Below, in pieces: positions 47,761 to 61,400 of a stretch of DNA of 64,000 bases (positions are counted from its first letter, which is position 1; each line of letters opens with the position of its first letter). This DNA comes from Vicugna vicugna (Eukaryota). The notes under the pieces are model-generated. The model did no database searches, was not told where the DNA came from, and saw nothing but the letters and a program-made list of their open reading frames with translations. The stretch is taken from contig MU058456.1 in NCBI GenBank assembly GCA_013265495.1, positions 434,001 through 498,000 on the forward strand, given 5' to 3'. Both the position numbers and the translations under genes were made by a program.

Positions 47761-50700
47761 AGGCACACTGACTTTAGAGACCATTATCTGAACTGTGGCA
47801 TCCTAAATTTTGTTCTTTAAGACTGTGAGAATAGAAGAGAAAAAGTTACGCCATCTAGTTTCTCAAAATGACCAGTGAAGACCATGTCCAGGCTAATGCT
47901 GTTGTAATAATCTAGTAACTGAGCTGGGTCTTCTGGGAGCTGGTAGTGATGTTGGGCGGTCTGGAGTGAAAGAATAGAACATTTATTTCAGTTTTATGAT
48001 TTTCAACTGCATATGTCCCTCATTCCCAGCCAGTGCCACATGGTTAGAGAAGGTGATTTTATGCTTTAAGTAACTTACTGTCTATGTGTAGAGACTTGGA
48101 TATAGTTTTTTTCCTCCCAAATAGCTGAATGTCTTCAAAGCACTCTTGCAGTGTTTGCTTAGCTGCCCCTTTATTATTAAAACAAGAAGAAAGGTAAATT
48201 AGGTCTGAAGTTATGTGCTTTTATAATAATAAACCATTTTGAACTGCTTGGCATTCTCTGGCAGCGTTTGCAATTTTACTTTGAATTTTAACTTCCCATA
48301 TGTTAACCATTTTGTCCTTCAGATTCCAGTCCATCCCACTCTACTTTCCCTTTCCTCCTTCTCCTGACTGGACATTCTTCCCAGATTTCAATTTTTTGCC
48401 CATCTTTTGGTTTTAAAACATTTTGCCAGGAAATGTTTTCTTGATTTATGTAAGACTTAAGATAGTTGTGTCTTTTGTTTCATACAATGCTAATGCTCTG
48501 ATTTTATTATAACAGGTTAAAATGTTACGGAATTGAGATTGATAGTATAGGAAATTATAAGGCATTTGCTAACATTGAGACATGTGCCTTTTTTTTTTTT
48601 TAATACATCTCGCTCCCGCCTCCCCTTCCCCCATTGTTTCATATTCATGTCCTCGACCACATGAAGGGGGTAAATGTTATCAACCTTTCTTTTTGCCATT
48701 CAGTCAGATATATAGAGAGAACTTCCTGGTTGTTAATCATTGATAAAGCATATACTTAAAAAAATGTTTTGTGATAGATCATTTTGACTGTTTTCGAGCC
48801 CAAAATTTCTAAGGGATGCCACTGATTATAGGCAGACATCAGAAATTGAATTGTGACAGCAACATGTATTTTAAATCTCAATTATAGACTCTGATTTTAA
48901 TCCTTTACTTATTGCTGCAGCCTTGAGCTTCTCTAAGTGCTAAAAATTCTTTTCAAATGCTACCTTTAAAAAGTAACATTCTATTGCTACTTAACTTGTC
49001 ACTTTAGCTTATGTGGGAATAGCAAAAACATGGTGATAAAGTATATATTTAAAACAATTTTTTTCCAGAAAGCTAGTATTATTTTGGGGAAGAATACCAC
49101 AGTGATTATTTATGTTCATAGAAATATTATTAATTTCTTTATTAATCTGTTTTAACACCAAGTGTTAGAAAATCATTACACCATTTCTTTTCCATTTAAT
49201 TCTAAGTCATGTTTCACTTATTCCTCAGCCTCAGTGGATGACGTCAGATGTGCCATGAAGACTTTATGAAACCATTTATCATGACCAAAGAACAGGCCAA
49301 GTAACTCAAGAATGCTCTGGCCCCAGGCAGCCTCCCTAGCCAACAGAAGCCAGTGTCAGACTCAAGACTGACGTCATGTTTTTTTGTAATGCCTAGGCTT
49401 AATGCCTGTAACTTCCAGAAGCTTATCAATGTGATTGAAAATTTAAATGACCTTAAAATGGCCTTTAAATAAGGTGTCCAACTTAGCTATTTGTCTAAGT
49501 CATTCCTGTTAATTTCAAACTTGGAGATTTGCCCTCTGCCTCCAAATGTCATAGAACATTGATTGATTTTTCCAGGGCACGTCACTGCCATTGCAGGACA
49601 GAGACTGGGGATTATGAATGTCAGTGCTTCCTAAACAAACGTCTAAATGGCCTTCATATACTAAATCCCTGGCCAAGTAAGCTGTCTGTTCATAACCCGT
49701 GTCCCCATTCTCTCCTGAGAAACTTGGTGGTTTTCAAAGATTTGGCTCCAGAGTCAATGACTGGGCCATCACTTAAATATTTTGTACCTCCGTAACAAAT
49801 CTGTTAGGTCTTCAAAGAAATGATGAGCTGGAAGAGCCCTCTCCAAAACTAGTTATTCAGACCTCTGAGTCACCCTCTCCTCCCACTCCCGAGTGGCTGC
49901 CCTGCTATCCTTGAGTCTAACATCTAAATAATTAGTTTCAAAATATGTAACAGACTTTTTTCCCCCAAAGGAGTTAGATATTGAATAAAAAAAAATCAAT
50001 AGGAGCAGAAGCTAAGTGTTGGAAGGTTGGAAGTTACCTAATGTTTTGCATAGATCAACCAATTCTTAAGAAAATTACCTAGAATTATTTGCATTGTTTC
50101 ACTAAAAGGAAAAAAAGAGAAGCTAAACTGTCCTAAATAATCTAACTCTGGCTCAGGCGGTTTGTAGTTTGGTGGAAGACAGTGTGTCCATAACCAAATA
50201 AAATTCCTTTGTATAAGGTGACGGGTTACGGGCTCCCTCAATGTGGCGCGGGGAGTGAAGGCCCATTATGTACTTGCACAGGGTAACTCCTGTGTCTCTT
50301 GCCACTGGAGGACCATAACTGCTTCTTGAGAACTGACTGGACCATTCAGTTTTCAGGCCTCTATCTTTGCTGCCTTAAACACAAAGGGGGTAAAGACTGA
50401 GTTACTGAGTTGAACTTTGGAAATAAAGGGATCAAGGCAGGAATTGGACCTAATTCTAATAATCTGCACTGTAATTATGCCTGGTAAGTCACTTACATAT
50501 TGTGCGTTTATCAGTTTGAGGGAAATTCTTAAGTTTGTTTGAGTTGTTAATGTAGCCTGTGTGTGTGTGTATGTGAATTGCACTTAGTGTTGACATGCTG
50601 TTTCAGACTTTTGTGGCAACGTGGTGACTTTGACCATAATATTTTTTAAAATCTTAATTCTGAAGCTGCTTTTTGTTACAGATCTTAGTCATTTGAAGAA

Positions 50701-52639
50701 AGCTTTACTTAGTTATTTTTACCAGAGTTTGCTGTGCTATGATTAGAACGCGAAGATTTGGGAAAGTTTAACTTGGCATGGCAGAGAGATTGGGCTGAGC
50801 AGAAAAAAATACTTGGTGAAAAAGGAATCAAATGTACAGGATGCTCAAGAGTAAAGTCCAGCAGAAGCAGGAAAATAAAACAGGGTGACTGTTCTGTATC
50901 TTCCACAGTTTACATTTTGTTTTTATACCGGAAATGCCTTAGGTGTGTATTTAAATGGTGACAGAGAAAGACAATAATGGATTGGTGATTTAACTTACTT
51001 TTTTTTTTTCTTCAGTTAAGACTCTGTCCTGTCCGTGGTATCCTCCTGAGTTTTTTTAAATTCAGGTCTCTGAGGAAAATGGCCTTATTAGTTTTAATAT
51101 TTTATTTCAAGTTAACAATCTCAGAAGAAGAGATTGGTCAATTGAACTGTATCCTGAGATATTTCTAAATGAAAGCCTTGTCCAATATTTTGTTTTCCTT
51201 CTGTGTTTCAATATTTGAATTGTCACCTAATGGGATGACTTTTAGTATGCTTGATTTACCAGTGTGGCTAGAATGAAGTTAGTTTTTACATTATTCGTGC
51301 GATAGTCGTGCTTAGAGAATTAATTCTTGAAAACAAAACTCTTATTAAAGTAAGACTTGCTGGTGTGTAATCATGATCATCCAGTATGAATTGGGACTGT
51401 TCAGATTAAAAGATTAAGTTTCAGGGTACCTTGACATTTTATTTTTCTACTGGAAATGGCTTGTTTTAGCTGGGTAGTTTGGACATATCTTTATAAAAGT
51501 AATAGATGTGTATATTTTGGATTGAAAAAATGTATAAAGAATGTGGTGGTTTCCACATGTGTGTGTTCTCTTCCTTGTCAGGAGCACAGGGCATTCCTGC
51601 TTTTGTGATGCCATGTTCCTGGAAGCTCTGGTCCAAACACTGAATTAATCCACTTGGATGTGGTACCACTTATAGACAGTTCTTGAGCATAAATGCTGTT
51701 AAGAAATGCGGACTGAAATTGAGCTGTTGTATTTTGTTTCTGGGACATGTTTGAGAGTTGTCTGGCAGGTAAATGGATAAAGCATCAAATGAGAGGTGAG
51801 AACAATTGCAATAATCAGTGTCTGAGCACAAACGTTGGGCCAGACTGCGCTTGTCCATGGGGTTGTGTAGAGGAATAGGATTTCTTCCTATGAGCAGTCC
51901 CTGCCTGATACAGGGGGAGCAGAAATGGGCTCTGCCCTCACCCAGCTGGTGTTCCAAGGCCAGCCGTGCTGCATATTTCATCTAATCACTTGTCAAATCC
52001 TGCCCCCTTTCCTTGTAGAATCTTTTAATTCCAGCAGCCGTCTTCATCACCTATCCTTTAGTTATCTCTAAGTGAACTGTAGGAGTATTCTTAGCTCCCA
52101 GGTCACCTCCCTGGGGAAGCCTTCCCCAATGCTATGACCTGGCCCAGGGGCCTCTGCTCTGTGGTTCCATAACACCCTGCCATGGTCCTCTTACCTGCCT
52201 CTCAGCACCTGGATCATAATGGCCCCCATCCTTACCTGTTTCTCCCGCCAGCCTGGAATCACGTTGACTGCCTCTCCTTTTCACTGCTGACCCTGCGTAT
52301 GGTGCCTGGTGTGTGGGAAGGAGGGCTTGGTCAGTTCTTGCCAAATCCCCTCCATAGGCCAGCCTCCTTCACCATCGCAGTGAGGCTTCAGCACGGCTGT
52401 CCACTCTGCTGTTTGGAGCATGGCGTTCTTTCAGTCTCTCAGTGGTTGCCCTTCAACTTCCTACTCTCAGAGCATAGGCCAGTTGACTTCCTTTCTTAAA
52501 TGCTAGTCTCACCTCTTTAGTTCGACTAACTGACCAAACTCTCCTTGACCATGTGTTTCAGTTGGCCATTCCCACAGAAATGCTGAGTACCTCACTCTCT
52601 CCTAAACCAGCTTATTCAATCCACATCTGTTCTCAGACT

Positions 52640-53412
52640 CAGGCTTCTCCTGCTTGTCTGTGGTATTGGCTGATCTGTGCTGGTCTTGGCTTTGGCTCTG
52701 CTTGTAGCTGTGGTCTGGCTGGACCTGTCCCTGCCCTGTGGGCTGGGCTCAAGTGTGCTGCCTATGTGTTCCTTTTGGAGCAGGCTGGCAAGGTAGAGAC
52801 TAACTACTCTCATGGTGATAGAAACCTACCCAGCTCTCTGAAAAAGACAAGCCCTACTTTTAACGTTTGCCCATTTTGGTGTATATGCTCTTAGGGCTGA
52901 TTTCAAGCCACCCATATGACGTCACCAGCACAGCAACACCATCATAGAGTATTTTTTATCATACAGTTGCAGTAGACAACCTGAAAAGCACATGCAGTAG
53001 TAAAAGGTAGTAAAATAATTAGGAAATTAGGAATTTTGAGAGCCTTTTAAAAATATAATTTACTTTTAAATTTATGTAATTTAATTGTTATTAATGGGTA
53101 TGTTATGTTTACCAGCTGACCGGTAAATTGCTGAAAATTTCGCACGTGGTTTTCCTGAGCTGGTACATGCTGGCTACAGTGCATCCCTGGATTAACCCAG
53201 ATACACGGTGCGCAAGAAAGCCTAGGCTCGAAACTGCCATGCTGTCATGTGTGTTCACATCCTGTTGGCCAAAGCAAGTCTCGTGACAGGGCTCAAAGTA
53301 AATGGATGGGGAACACACTTTGCCTCTAGAGGGAGGAGCTGCAAAGACAGGTGGCAAAGGGTGTGGCTAAGCGGAAGGTGATGGATTAGGGCCAGTGATT
53401 CAGTGTATCACA
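52640..53412 (-). mobile_element. MaLR LTR (MLT1G/H/I-like) split by MER63
   Basis: 'ttggctgatctgtgctgg...' and 'cacatcctgttggccaaagcaagtctcgtgac...gggaggagctgcaaagac...ggcaaagggtgtgg'. Confidence 0.65.
52825..53188 (-). mobile_element. MER63-like hAT-Blackjack element
   Basis: 'gctgatttcaagccacccatatgacgtcacc' and end 'tgagctggtacatgctggctacagtgcatccctg'. Confidence 0.65.
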
Positions 53413-54089
53413 CACGGTGCCTCCTGACCATGCTGAGTATTGAAACAATGTATCTGTATTATATTAATTGCATTTAATACAATCTTTTGAAATGCTTAAA
53501 TCATATTTCTTGTGGAAGTAGCCTTGGATATAAATTCTGTTAGCAGATTTGAGACAGTAATCCTTTTTTAAAGGATGTCTCATACAATGTAATAACTGTT
53601 ATTTAGGAAAGATGTAGTGGTAAAAAATGAAGTCTGAATTTTTGCTCTACGTGTTGTGAGACAGTGTCAGGGAGCCATAGATGAAGGGTTCTTTCCTAGT
53701 AGGTTGCTCCTTTATCATTCAGTATATTTTTTAATGCTGAATTATTTTTCCCTCTGAAGACTTTTGTCTGGTATCAGTGTTCATTCTTACTCTCCCTTTA
53801 TGTTTTGGCCCCATGTATCTTAAGTAGCACTGGTATCTTCATAAGATTTGTCAAAGTTCTTCTTTTGATGGTTGATTTACCTCTAATTTGGGATAGTACT
53901 AATAGTGATTTGTACCTTTGAGTTAGATTTCATATGTATTAGATGATGGTGGATAAAAAATAGATTACTTTTATTCAAGACAAGGAAGGTCTTAAGAGGA
54001 CTTTAAAAAAATCTTGTTTATTACTGTCCGAGATAAAATTTTTAAAAATCTTATGTAATGCACTCTGTTATTAATTGCATTTATATTAT

Positions 54090-54598
54090 TGTATTAATTA
54101 TCTATTGCTGTGTAACAAATGGCTCCAAAATTAACAGCTTAAAACCACAAATGCTTATCTCCCAGCTTCTGGTGATCAGGAATCTGAGTGTGGCTTAGCT
54201 CGGTGCCTTGGCCTCAAGGTTTGTCATAGAACTACACTCAAAGTGTTGACCAAGCCTGCAGTCTCACTGGAGTCCTCAGCTAGGAGAGAAACTACTTCCT
54301 GGCTCACTCGTGGGCTTGACAGGATTCATTTTCAGGTGGCTGTTGGACTGAGGGCCTCAGTTCTGCATTGGTTATTGGCCAGAGAACTCCCTCAGTTCCT
54401 TGCTACATGGGGCTTCTCCACAGTGTGAGCAAAACGAAAGATAGTCTTTTCCATCACCTGATGCTGGAAGTCATACCCATAACTTTGTCTATGTTCTGTT
54501 CACTAGGTCCAGCCCACATTTAAGGAGAGGGATTACACAAGGGCATGGTTATGAGGAGGTGACAATGGGTGGGGCTATTTTAGTGGTTGCCTACTGTA
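54090..54598 (-). mobile_element. MaLR LTR (MLT1D/E-like)
   Basis: 'tgtattaattatctattgctgtgtaacaaat...aacagcttaaaac...ggtccagcccacatttaaggagaggggattacacaagggcatg'. Confidence 0.85.
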
Positions 54599-55819
54599 AT
54601 TAGATTGTTGTATCTGGTGCCTATAAAATTCCTATTTTTCAGGTTAGGAAGCTAGAGGGCACTGGGGAGGTTAAATTGTTTGTTTCAAGACCTGGATACC
54701 AGTATGCAATGTAATTGGTTCTTCAGATTGGAGTCTTCTCCATCCCAGAGGACCATCTGAAACACTGAGGTCAGAGCTCATGCTAGGACGTGAACTGCAT
54801 AAAGGAGATGTTCACTGTACCATATCGCTCTCAAGGTGCCAGAAATGCAGCCAGTACTCCATAAACACTTGTACTAATGAACAATGAAATGACAGTGACA
54901 GTGTGACTTTCTTAGCTGTTCCTATTCCTTTTAGTTTTCTTTGTGTTTATTTCCTTAACTACAGACAAAGATATAGTACCATATAACAAATACATATAAG
55001 TGCTTTTCAAGCTTGAAAAAAAATCCTTCAGTTTAGGTTATTTATATGGCTTGAACCTGTTTCAAAATGTTTGCTCTCCATTGCCTGAGTCTGAAGACTA
55101 AAATGATATAACTAATTTATCAACAGAGCAGTTACAATGATAATTTTGCCTTTATTTCAGAGTGAGGTGTAAAGAGCAATATGATAACTCTTCACCAGTA
55201 GCCATTTATTTTACCTAAATATCCATGTTGCTAAAGAAATAGAACTCAATCTTTAATGCAAGCTGAGATCATAATATAGTTTTCCTATTTTTGACAGTTC
55301 TTTTGGATCATAATAGGTCTTTAGAGTCTTAATACTATGTATAGCTTTTTGGGACACACATATTTAAGGTTTTGGGATTTGGGCATGAAATAACATCACC
55401 TTTTACCTTTTCTATATTTTTACTTAAGGAAAAGAGATTATCTGGTCTGTTTAAGACAGGTACTCCCATTGTTCACTTCTCTCAAAGTGTCACCTTGAGC
55501 ATTTGTATTCGCGTGATTTTGAGCTTTGCCTTGTTAATGTGGATCCTGATGCCAGGAGAGGCCGGCCCTGTGGCTCTGTTGTTTCATGCATCTTCAGGGA
55601 GCAGCTGAGGAACTAGTCTATGGTGGTTCAAAGGGGCAGAGCTGTGCTGGATCCATGATAGATTTTCAGCAGTTCATTCTTGTGATCAACCTCATTTAGT
55701 GCATCTGAAGTGTTATGGGTTGACATAAGAACTTAGCCTGTGTCATTAATAGTAACTATGTTGTTCTTGCCTTCCCTGCATGTAGTGTACATTCATCTGA
55801 GGCAGAGAATGGTTAATTC

Positions 55820-56205
55820 ATTTTTTTAACTTTTTAAAATTGAAGTATAGTTGATTTATAGTGTTGTATTAGTTTCTGATGTACAGCATAGGGATTCAGT
55901 TACATATATATGTGTATATATATATATAATATATATATATGTACATGTTCTTTTTCATTACAAGTTACTATAAGACAGTGAATATGGATCCTTGTGCTAT
56001 ACAGTAGGACTTGTTGTTTATCTATTCTGCACATAGTAGTTTGTATCTGCTAATTCCAAACTCCCAATTTGTTCGCCCTCCTCCCTTCCCCTGGTAATCA
56101 AGTTTGTTTTCTATGTCTGTGAATCTCTATTTTGACAACAAGTTCATTTGTATCTTTTTTTTTTTGAGATTCCACATGTAAGTGATATCATACGATATTT
56201 GACAC
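55820..56205 (-). mobile_element. Younger L1 3' end (antisense)
   Basis: 'ttgaagtatagttgatttatagtgttgtattagtttctgatgtacagcatag...gagattccacatgtaagtgatatcatacgatatttg'. Confidence 0.85.
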
Positions 56206-56909
56206 TGAAACCATGTGAATTTCTCCCTCTTTGCTTTTTCTCCCCTAACACAGAGGTGGCGACTGTAGGAAATCGCCCAGTCTCGGGTATTTGCTACTTC
56301 TCTATTTTCACTCTTGTTACCCAGGTAACTACTACATCTTTGTTGGTTTCCCTGCCTCCAGTCTTTTGTTACCTGGCTGGTGGTAACTGCTAGGCCAGTC
56401 CTCTCCCAATGCCAGTGTGATGCTCCCCACTGAACTTGGGCAGGTTTTCTTCCAGCCACAGCATCCCTTGGAAAGGCTTCCTTCTTGCATGCTGGCCTCT
56501 CCCTATTCTGATGCTTCCTAATGTGTTTCCAGGCTGCCCAGCCGGCTCTCTATTCAGCAGTGTGAGTCGTGCATGTGTCTTTTCCGCATAGGTCAGGCTT
56601 GTTCACATCCCCTTCCTTGGCATAGCTCTGCCAGCATCCTCTCATTGAGGAATGCCGTCTAGACTCTTCTCCAGCCCTAATTTACTCCATCCACCCAAGA
56701 CCAGCATGAGGCCTACTCCTCCATCCATGTGATGTTCCGATGGCCATGGTTGTTCATTCGTCTCTTTCAACACTGACTCCTTTCCTCTTGGGTGCTTGTC
56801 ATCTGTACCATGCCTCCTGTGTATTTTTCTTTACTTAGTGTGTCCTGTTTCCTCAATAAATTGTTAAGTTCCATAAAATTACCGGTTTCTCGAATAAAAT
56901 TGTTGCTGT

Positions 56910-57290
56910 TCAATTGTAAGTTCCTTAATGCAGCACTGTCTCTTATTACCTTTCTCCCCCACAGAGCCTGACACAGTGCTGGACTACAGAAGTATCTCAG
57001 ATTTCATTGATGTATCCGACACATATACTGAGTACTTTGTTTTATGAGACACTGTGCTAGACAGTTGGCCTCCATTGATGAATGGATAAATAAAGTCCCT
57101 TTCCTCATGGGGCTTCCAGGCTGGTGAAGGAGGCATTAAAATAAACAAATAATGCTGTGCTGACTGCTATGAAGGAAACAGTGTGTTGGGATAAACAGGA
57201 ACAGGGAACTTTAGGTGGGACAGTCAGACAGTCAGGACAGATTATGTTTAATAAAATACTGATGTTAAAGCTTTGTGTCTGACAAATAGG
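56910..57290. mobile_element. Two L2 3' fragments arranged tail-to-tail
   Basis: + strand 'tgtaagttccttaatgcagcactgtctc...cagagcctgacacagtgctgg', then - strand 'tactgagtactt...gacactgtgctagaca...gtccctttcctcatggggcttcca'. Confidence 0.6.
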
Positions 57291-58019
57291 AGTACTGGGT
57301 AATTCTGTATTAGGCATCTAGAAAGACAGTGGTATCCACCAAACATCCTACACCTTCAACTTTTTATAAGACAGGCAGAGGTGGTTTGCTTCTGAAGGAC
57401 TGCAGTTGCTGTGGAGTAGATAAATCTCTCTGGGAGCTTCATGAAAGAACTGGGGACACAGAGATGGTGATGACACAGTCAGAGAAGAGGCTGGAAGGGA
57501 GCTGGAGGACAATGACGATGCTGTACAAGTTGGGGCCTCACAATTACTGATTCAGAGAAGAGGTGAAGGGGTGGGGGAAAGGTTCAGATGGACGGGCTAG
57601 ATAGGAAAAACTGCAGTGTTCACCTGTTGTTGAAGCCTTTTTTAAGTACAAATTAAGCAGCAAAAGTGATAAGGAGGTTTAGAGGAAAGAATAATCACTG
57701 TATCAACACACCTTTTTAATAGAACCAATTAAGAAAACTTCATTTCATTGGTAGACAGCTTTATTCAGAATTGTGCTCAGATTAATTTTTATCAGGAAAC
57801 AAGATTCAGCTGAGAATCACACAAAATTAAATACGGAAATTCTGGGATGTGTGTCTTCTTGATAACATGTGTAGTGGCCGAGTGAACACATTGTAATTCC
57901 TTTTTTTTTCTCCTATTTTAAGGAATTTGTAAATAGACTCAGTTCTGTCAGCTTATTTACATTTAAATTGTGAATTTTTGGTGAAAAGCCACACAACTAG
58001 TATGAATTATATTTGTTTT

Positions 58020-58420
58020 ATTATTAATAACAGCTAATATTTATTGAGTGCTTTACTACATGCCAGGCATTGAGCTAAATGTCTTACATTCATTACTTGG
58101 TTTAACCTTCACCACAAACAGCAAGACTGTGAGGCAGACACTGCTTTTAGCCCCTTGAATCAGCTCAGATATTTTGCATTGTGGCTGGAGTCGAGAACCT
58201 TGGTGTTACATGCTTCAGAACTGTCTTGAGTAGTAAGGTGTTAATGCTGTCCATTAGAAGATTGCTGCACTTTAAAGAAACTGTCTTAAATTTAGAATCA
58301 TGGTGCTTTCTTGGAGGAACAGGCTTAATTAAGCCTTTTGTAGCTGAAGGAGAGATGTAAAAGTGATTTCCTTAAGTTACATCGCTGGGTGATGGTGGGG
58401 CTGGAACCAGAACCCAGGTT
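58020..58420 (-). mobile_element. MIR fragments
   Basis: 'taataacagctaatatttattgagtgctttactacatgccaggcattgagctaa' and 'ggggctggaaccagaacccagg'. Confidence 0.7.
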
Positions 58421-61400
58421 TAAAAAAAAAAAAAAGGCAACGCACCCATGTTAGATATTGGACCTTAATGGAAGGAACATTAATCTGGATGTTCAGAGAT
58501 TTCAGTTCTAAGAGCGAATTTTACCAAAGACTATTCTGCTGGTGAGGCAACCTTTTGTCCCAAGTTTCTTCTTCAGGAAACCGGTCTTGGCACATCCAGC
58601 CCAGCCTACAGCAAATACTGAGACCCAGGTGCTCGGAGGGAACGTGAAGAAAGCACTCTGGATGTTTCCCTCTCCAGGAGTTTACACCCTGGCTGGGGAG
58701 ACAAGACGCATCACTTTGTGTTGATTCTACACTTACTCATGTGTCCAAATGCAGTGGGAAGTGCCCGTGTGTTACCTTTTGTGCTGTGAAAGTGGGCTCA
58801 CTAATAAGCAGGCCAACCCAGCTGAAGTATGGTTGTGCCTTGACGTGTGGTTGTAAATAAGGGGCAGGATTCAGAGCTTTTCACTGTGAGTTTAAAAACA
58901 AACAAAAGACACCCCCAAACCATTCACAATGTCTTTTTTTTTTTTTCAAACTTGGAAAATATTTGTTGAAAATGAAAGCCTTTAGAGATTTGATGGCTTT
59001 AAAGCTCAATAGTGGTTTATGGAAGTTGGGATGGGATGTGAACCAAGAACCTGGTTGTAAAGAAAGTGGTCCATGTGACATAGCAGAAGAGGCAGGAAAG
59101 GCAGGCTTGATGGAGGGGGCCACCCGTGGGCTGCAGGCATGGAGGTGGAAACTCTGCAGAGGGGTGGTGAGGATAGAGAACTTACTGCTTTCTGCTTGGT
59201 GCTTGTCTTAATAGGCCACTGCATATCAAATACTGCTCAGGTTTTTTTTTTTTTTTCTGTTGTTGTTTTTAAATAACCTTGAAATGTGATTGCTGGGTCT
59301 CTCCATTATCTTTGGTAAGATTTATCTTCTTGAGCATATTTTCCTTAGAAATTGCCTGTTTGCTTGCTGATGAGGGCTGGGAACGTTGTTAAATCCTGTT
59401 CCATTAAATTCCACATTTAACCCTTCTCCATTTATTCAGTAATTGAAATAGCTTCCCTGGGTACGTTAGCTCTGTTGAACAGTGGAAAATAAGCTTGTGC
59501 ATATCTCCCATCAGTCACAGGGTTATCTGGTCTGTTGTAATTGGGGGAGAGGAAGCGGAGAGGAATATTGATGAGAGGACAGTGTGGGCGGGACTCCAGA
59601 TTCGATTAAAGAAACTCTGATAACCTCACTTGATGAGGTTCACTGGGTTTTTCCATGGAATGGAGAGACCAGTCTAAGAGAGCTTGCTTTATTGGCTGAA
59701 AGGATGCTTTTTGCATTGCAAGTGCATCTTTTTGCTTCTGTGACTTGTCTTGATGAAAAAAAGAATACCTCCTAGTTTTAAAGTACACTGAAGTGTGAGG
59801 CTCACGTAGATTTTATAAATTACTCCATGAAATCTTTTCCTTCTCCAGTACCTTGGAAAGGCCAAATGCCGTTTTATACCTGTGAGATGTAATTCTTGGG
59901 TATGTAATACAGGTCCGTTCAAACACTGGGTATATCGGTTTCATTTCTCCCAAGGAAAATGGAGTTTTGAGAGCCCATATATCTTACTTTGCCCAGTAGT
60001 ATCCAATATCTCTTTCCTTCATATATTTACTTATTTTTGCGGTTGGAGAGTAAATGTTGTTCACCATATTTCTGAGAAGATTCAGTGAGGGTAAGAAACT
60101 TACAAGAAAAATAGTCTTTCTGGAGGTTTTTATAAATTATTCCTGTTTTCTAGACCAATGGCTGACCAGCTACATAAAACCGATCTGCCTTTGCCTTCTG
60201 TTAATGACTGAATTTATTCACCATTCATTGCTGTTTGGGTATTTCAATGTCCAGTCTAAATCAACAGCCTATCCAATTTACTCAGTGACAAGCATAGATA
60301 AAAATTATCATTGTTTTAACCAGGGGGCACTGTCTTATCACCAAGGAGAATATCTTCAGAGCTTCTAATAGATGAGCAGTCTGCAACCCGATCACAGTTG
60401 GACAACACCCAGAGACCCTTTAAAATCCCAATTGTATCCTCATAAAATAATGCTGCCCTTATATTGCTTGGAGAAGGAATTGCATATTCTGTATTAATGT
60501 GCTGGTACTCTATCCTCCCCATCCCACCCCTGCAATTCAGTAGCAATAGTTTTCTTCAGCATTTTAAAACAAGGTGAAATCGGCATCTGTAATGCAATTC
60601 CCTGTATACATTTCCAGTTAATCAAATTTCTCTCTCGTAAGGGCATAGTCCTAAGTGAAAGATGGGTGTGTGAGTCCTGTCGGCAAGGGAAGTTTAATTT
60701 CCATTCCGTCTGAGTTCTGTTTATGTCTGTGTGCTGGCTCTTCCTCCTTTGCTGCCTGTCATTTTCCTTGTTAACCATGAAGATGGCGAAAAGTGTGCCT
60801 TGGTTACTGATAGTTACGTGGGGTCTTTAGTTCTATTCCAGTGTGATAAACCATAGAAACAGTTAAGAAATGGAACCCACCCATACAGGAGATGGGGAAA
60901 CTGAAAATAAAGGAGGAAGGTAAAAAGGTGAAACATAACTTCCTTAAAATCCTCTATAGTGCTTCTAATTGGAGGAATATGTGTATGTTGAACTGGCCGA
61001 AGAATGGACTGGATACAAATTTAGCGTCTGCATATAAACATTTATTTTATGGATACTTGTAAACTTTGGATCATCAGTTTGTGTTTTCCAGGGCAAGGTG
61101 CTGCTGCTGCAGAACCAGCTGCTCACCTCTGAAGAGAAGCAGTAATTGGAATGTGTATAATGTATAAAGAGGTCAAGGAATAGGAAGAGATGGACACAGG
61201 CTACACAATTCCACTTTTTTGTTTGCAGCATGAAAATACATAGGTTAAGTATTGGTTTTGACGCTTAATTGTGAACGAGCCCTTGATGCTCCAGGTAAAC
61301 ATCTTAGGTTGACTTGCCTAGACTGAAAAGACAGTCAGGTCTATTCTAGAGAAAACAAAGTGTCACAGAGACTGGCTTGTTGCTAACCAAGTTGTATGTA

